Source of the DNA: Octopus bimaculoides
Taxonomy: Eukaryota
Reading direction: 5' to 3'
DNA: 48,786 bases
NCBI RefSeq assembly: GCF_001194135.2
Contig: NC_068986.1
Coordinates: 116,639,482-116,688,267, forward strand
Shown here piece by piece: positions 48,501 through 48,786 of this stretch (its first letter is position 1; each line of letters begins with the position of its first letter). The notes beneath the pieces were generated by a model, which ran no database searches, was not told where the DNA came from, and saw nothing but the letters and a program-made list of their open reading frames with translations. A program made the position numbers and the translations under genes.

Positions 48501-48786
48501 ACCCGTATTACGAACCAGGTGATACACGAAGGAGTCATACCCTATGACTGGTGTAGCAGCATCATAGTCAACTGCTACAAAGGTAAAGGGGACGCTTTAG
48601 ATACAAATAATTACAGAGGCATCAAGCTGTTAGATCAGGTTATGAAAGTTACAGAGAGGGTCATAGCCCAACTAATTAGGGAGCGAATCAATTTAGATGA
48701 GATGCAGTTTGGGTTCGTGCCAGGTAAAAGCACTACTGATGCCTTATTTCTAGTGAGACAGTTGCAAGAGAAATACCTAGCTAAGG
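48501..48786 (+). mobile_element. RTE-clade LINE, reverse transcriptase fragment (runs off right edge)
   Basis: Open frame ...NYRGIKLLDQVMKVTERVIAQLIRERINLDEMQFGFVPGKSTTDALFLVRQLQEKYLAK; QFGF.PG.STTDA RT motif. Confidence 0.92.

Overview
AT-rich, repeat-dense animal genomic DNA. The repeat landscape suggests a coleoid cephalopod such as Octopus, but that is an inference. One protein-coding gene spans the window on the minus strand: the 5' half of the ER glucosidase II alpha subunit (GANAB, glycoside hydrolase family 31). I assembled 13 GT-AG coding exons from ATG 45147 down to 1790, all phase-compatible (1498 nt, 499 codons plus 1 nt). The gene runs off the left edge before the catalytic WxDMNE motif. 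The introns hold tRNA-derived SINEs, RTE LINE fragments and their (GAT)n-tailed 3' ends, TTAA-flanked piggyBac-type MITEs, a dead mariner, a HERO-like LINE piece, microsatellites and six N gaps. A dead Tigger/pogo lies upstream of the gene. There is no prokaryotic system or CRISPR array. Most notable: (1) three intronic loci with type I hammerhead-ribozyme motifs, two arranged as inverted dyads; (2) an in-frame alternative acceptor adding a 19-aa amphipathic helix where mammalian GANAB has its optional insert; (3) a perfect ERSE (CCAAT-N9-CCACG) 24 nt upstream of the start codon; (4) an inverted SINE pair bracketing exons 5-6; (5) near-identical inverted RTE copies at both window ends. All alignments and folds were done by eye.
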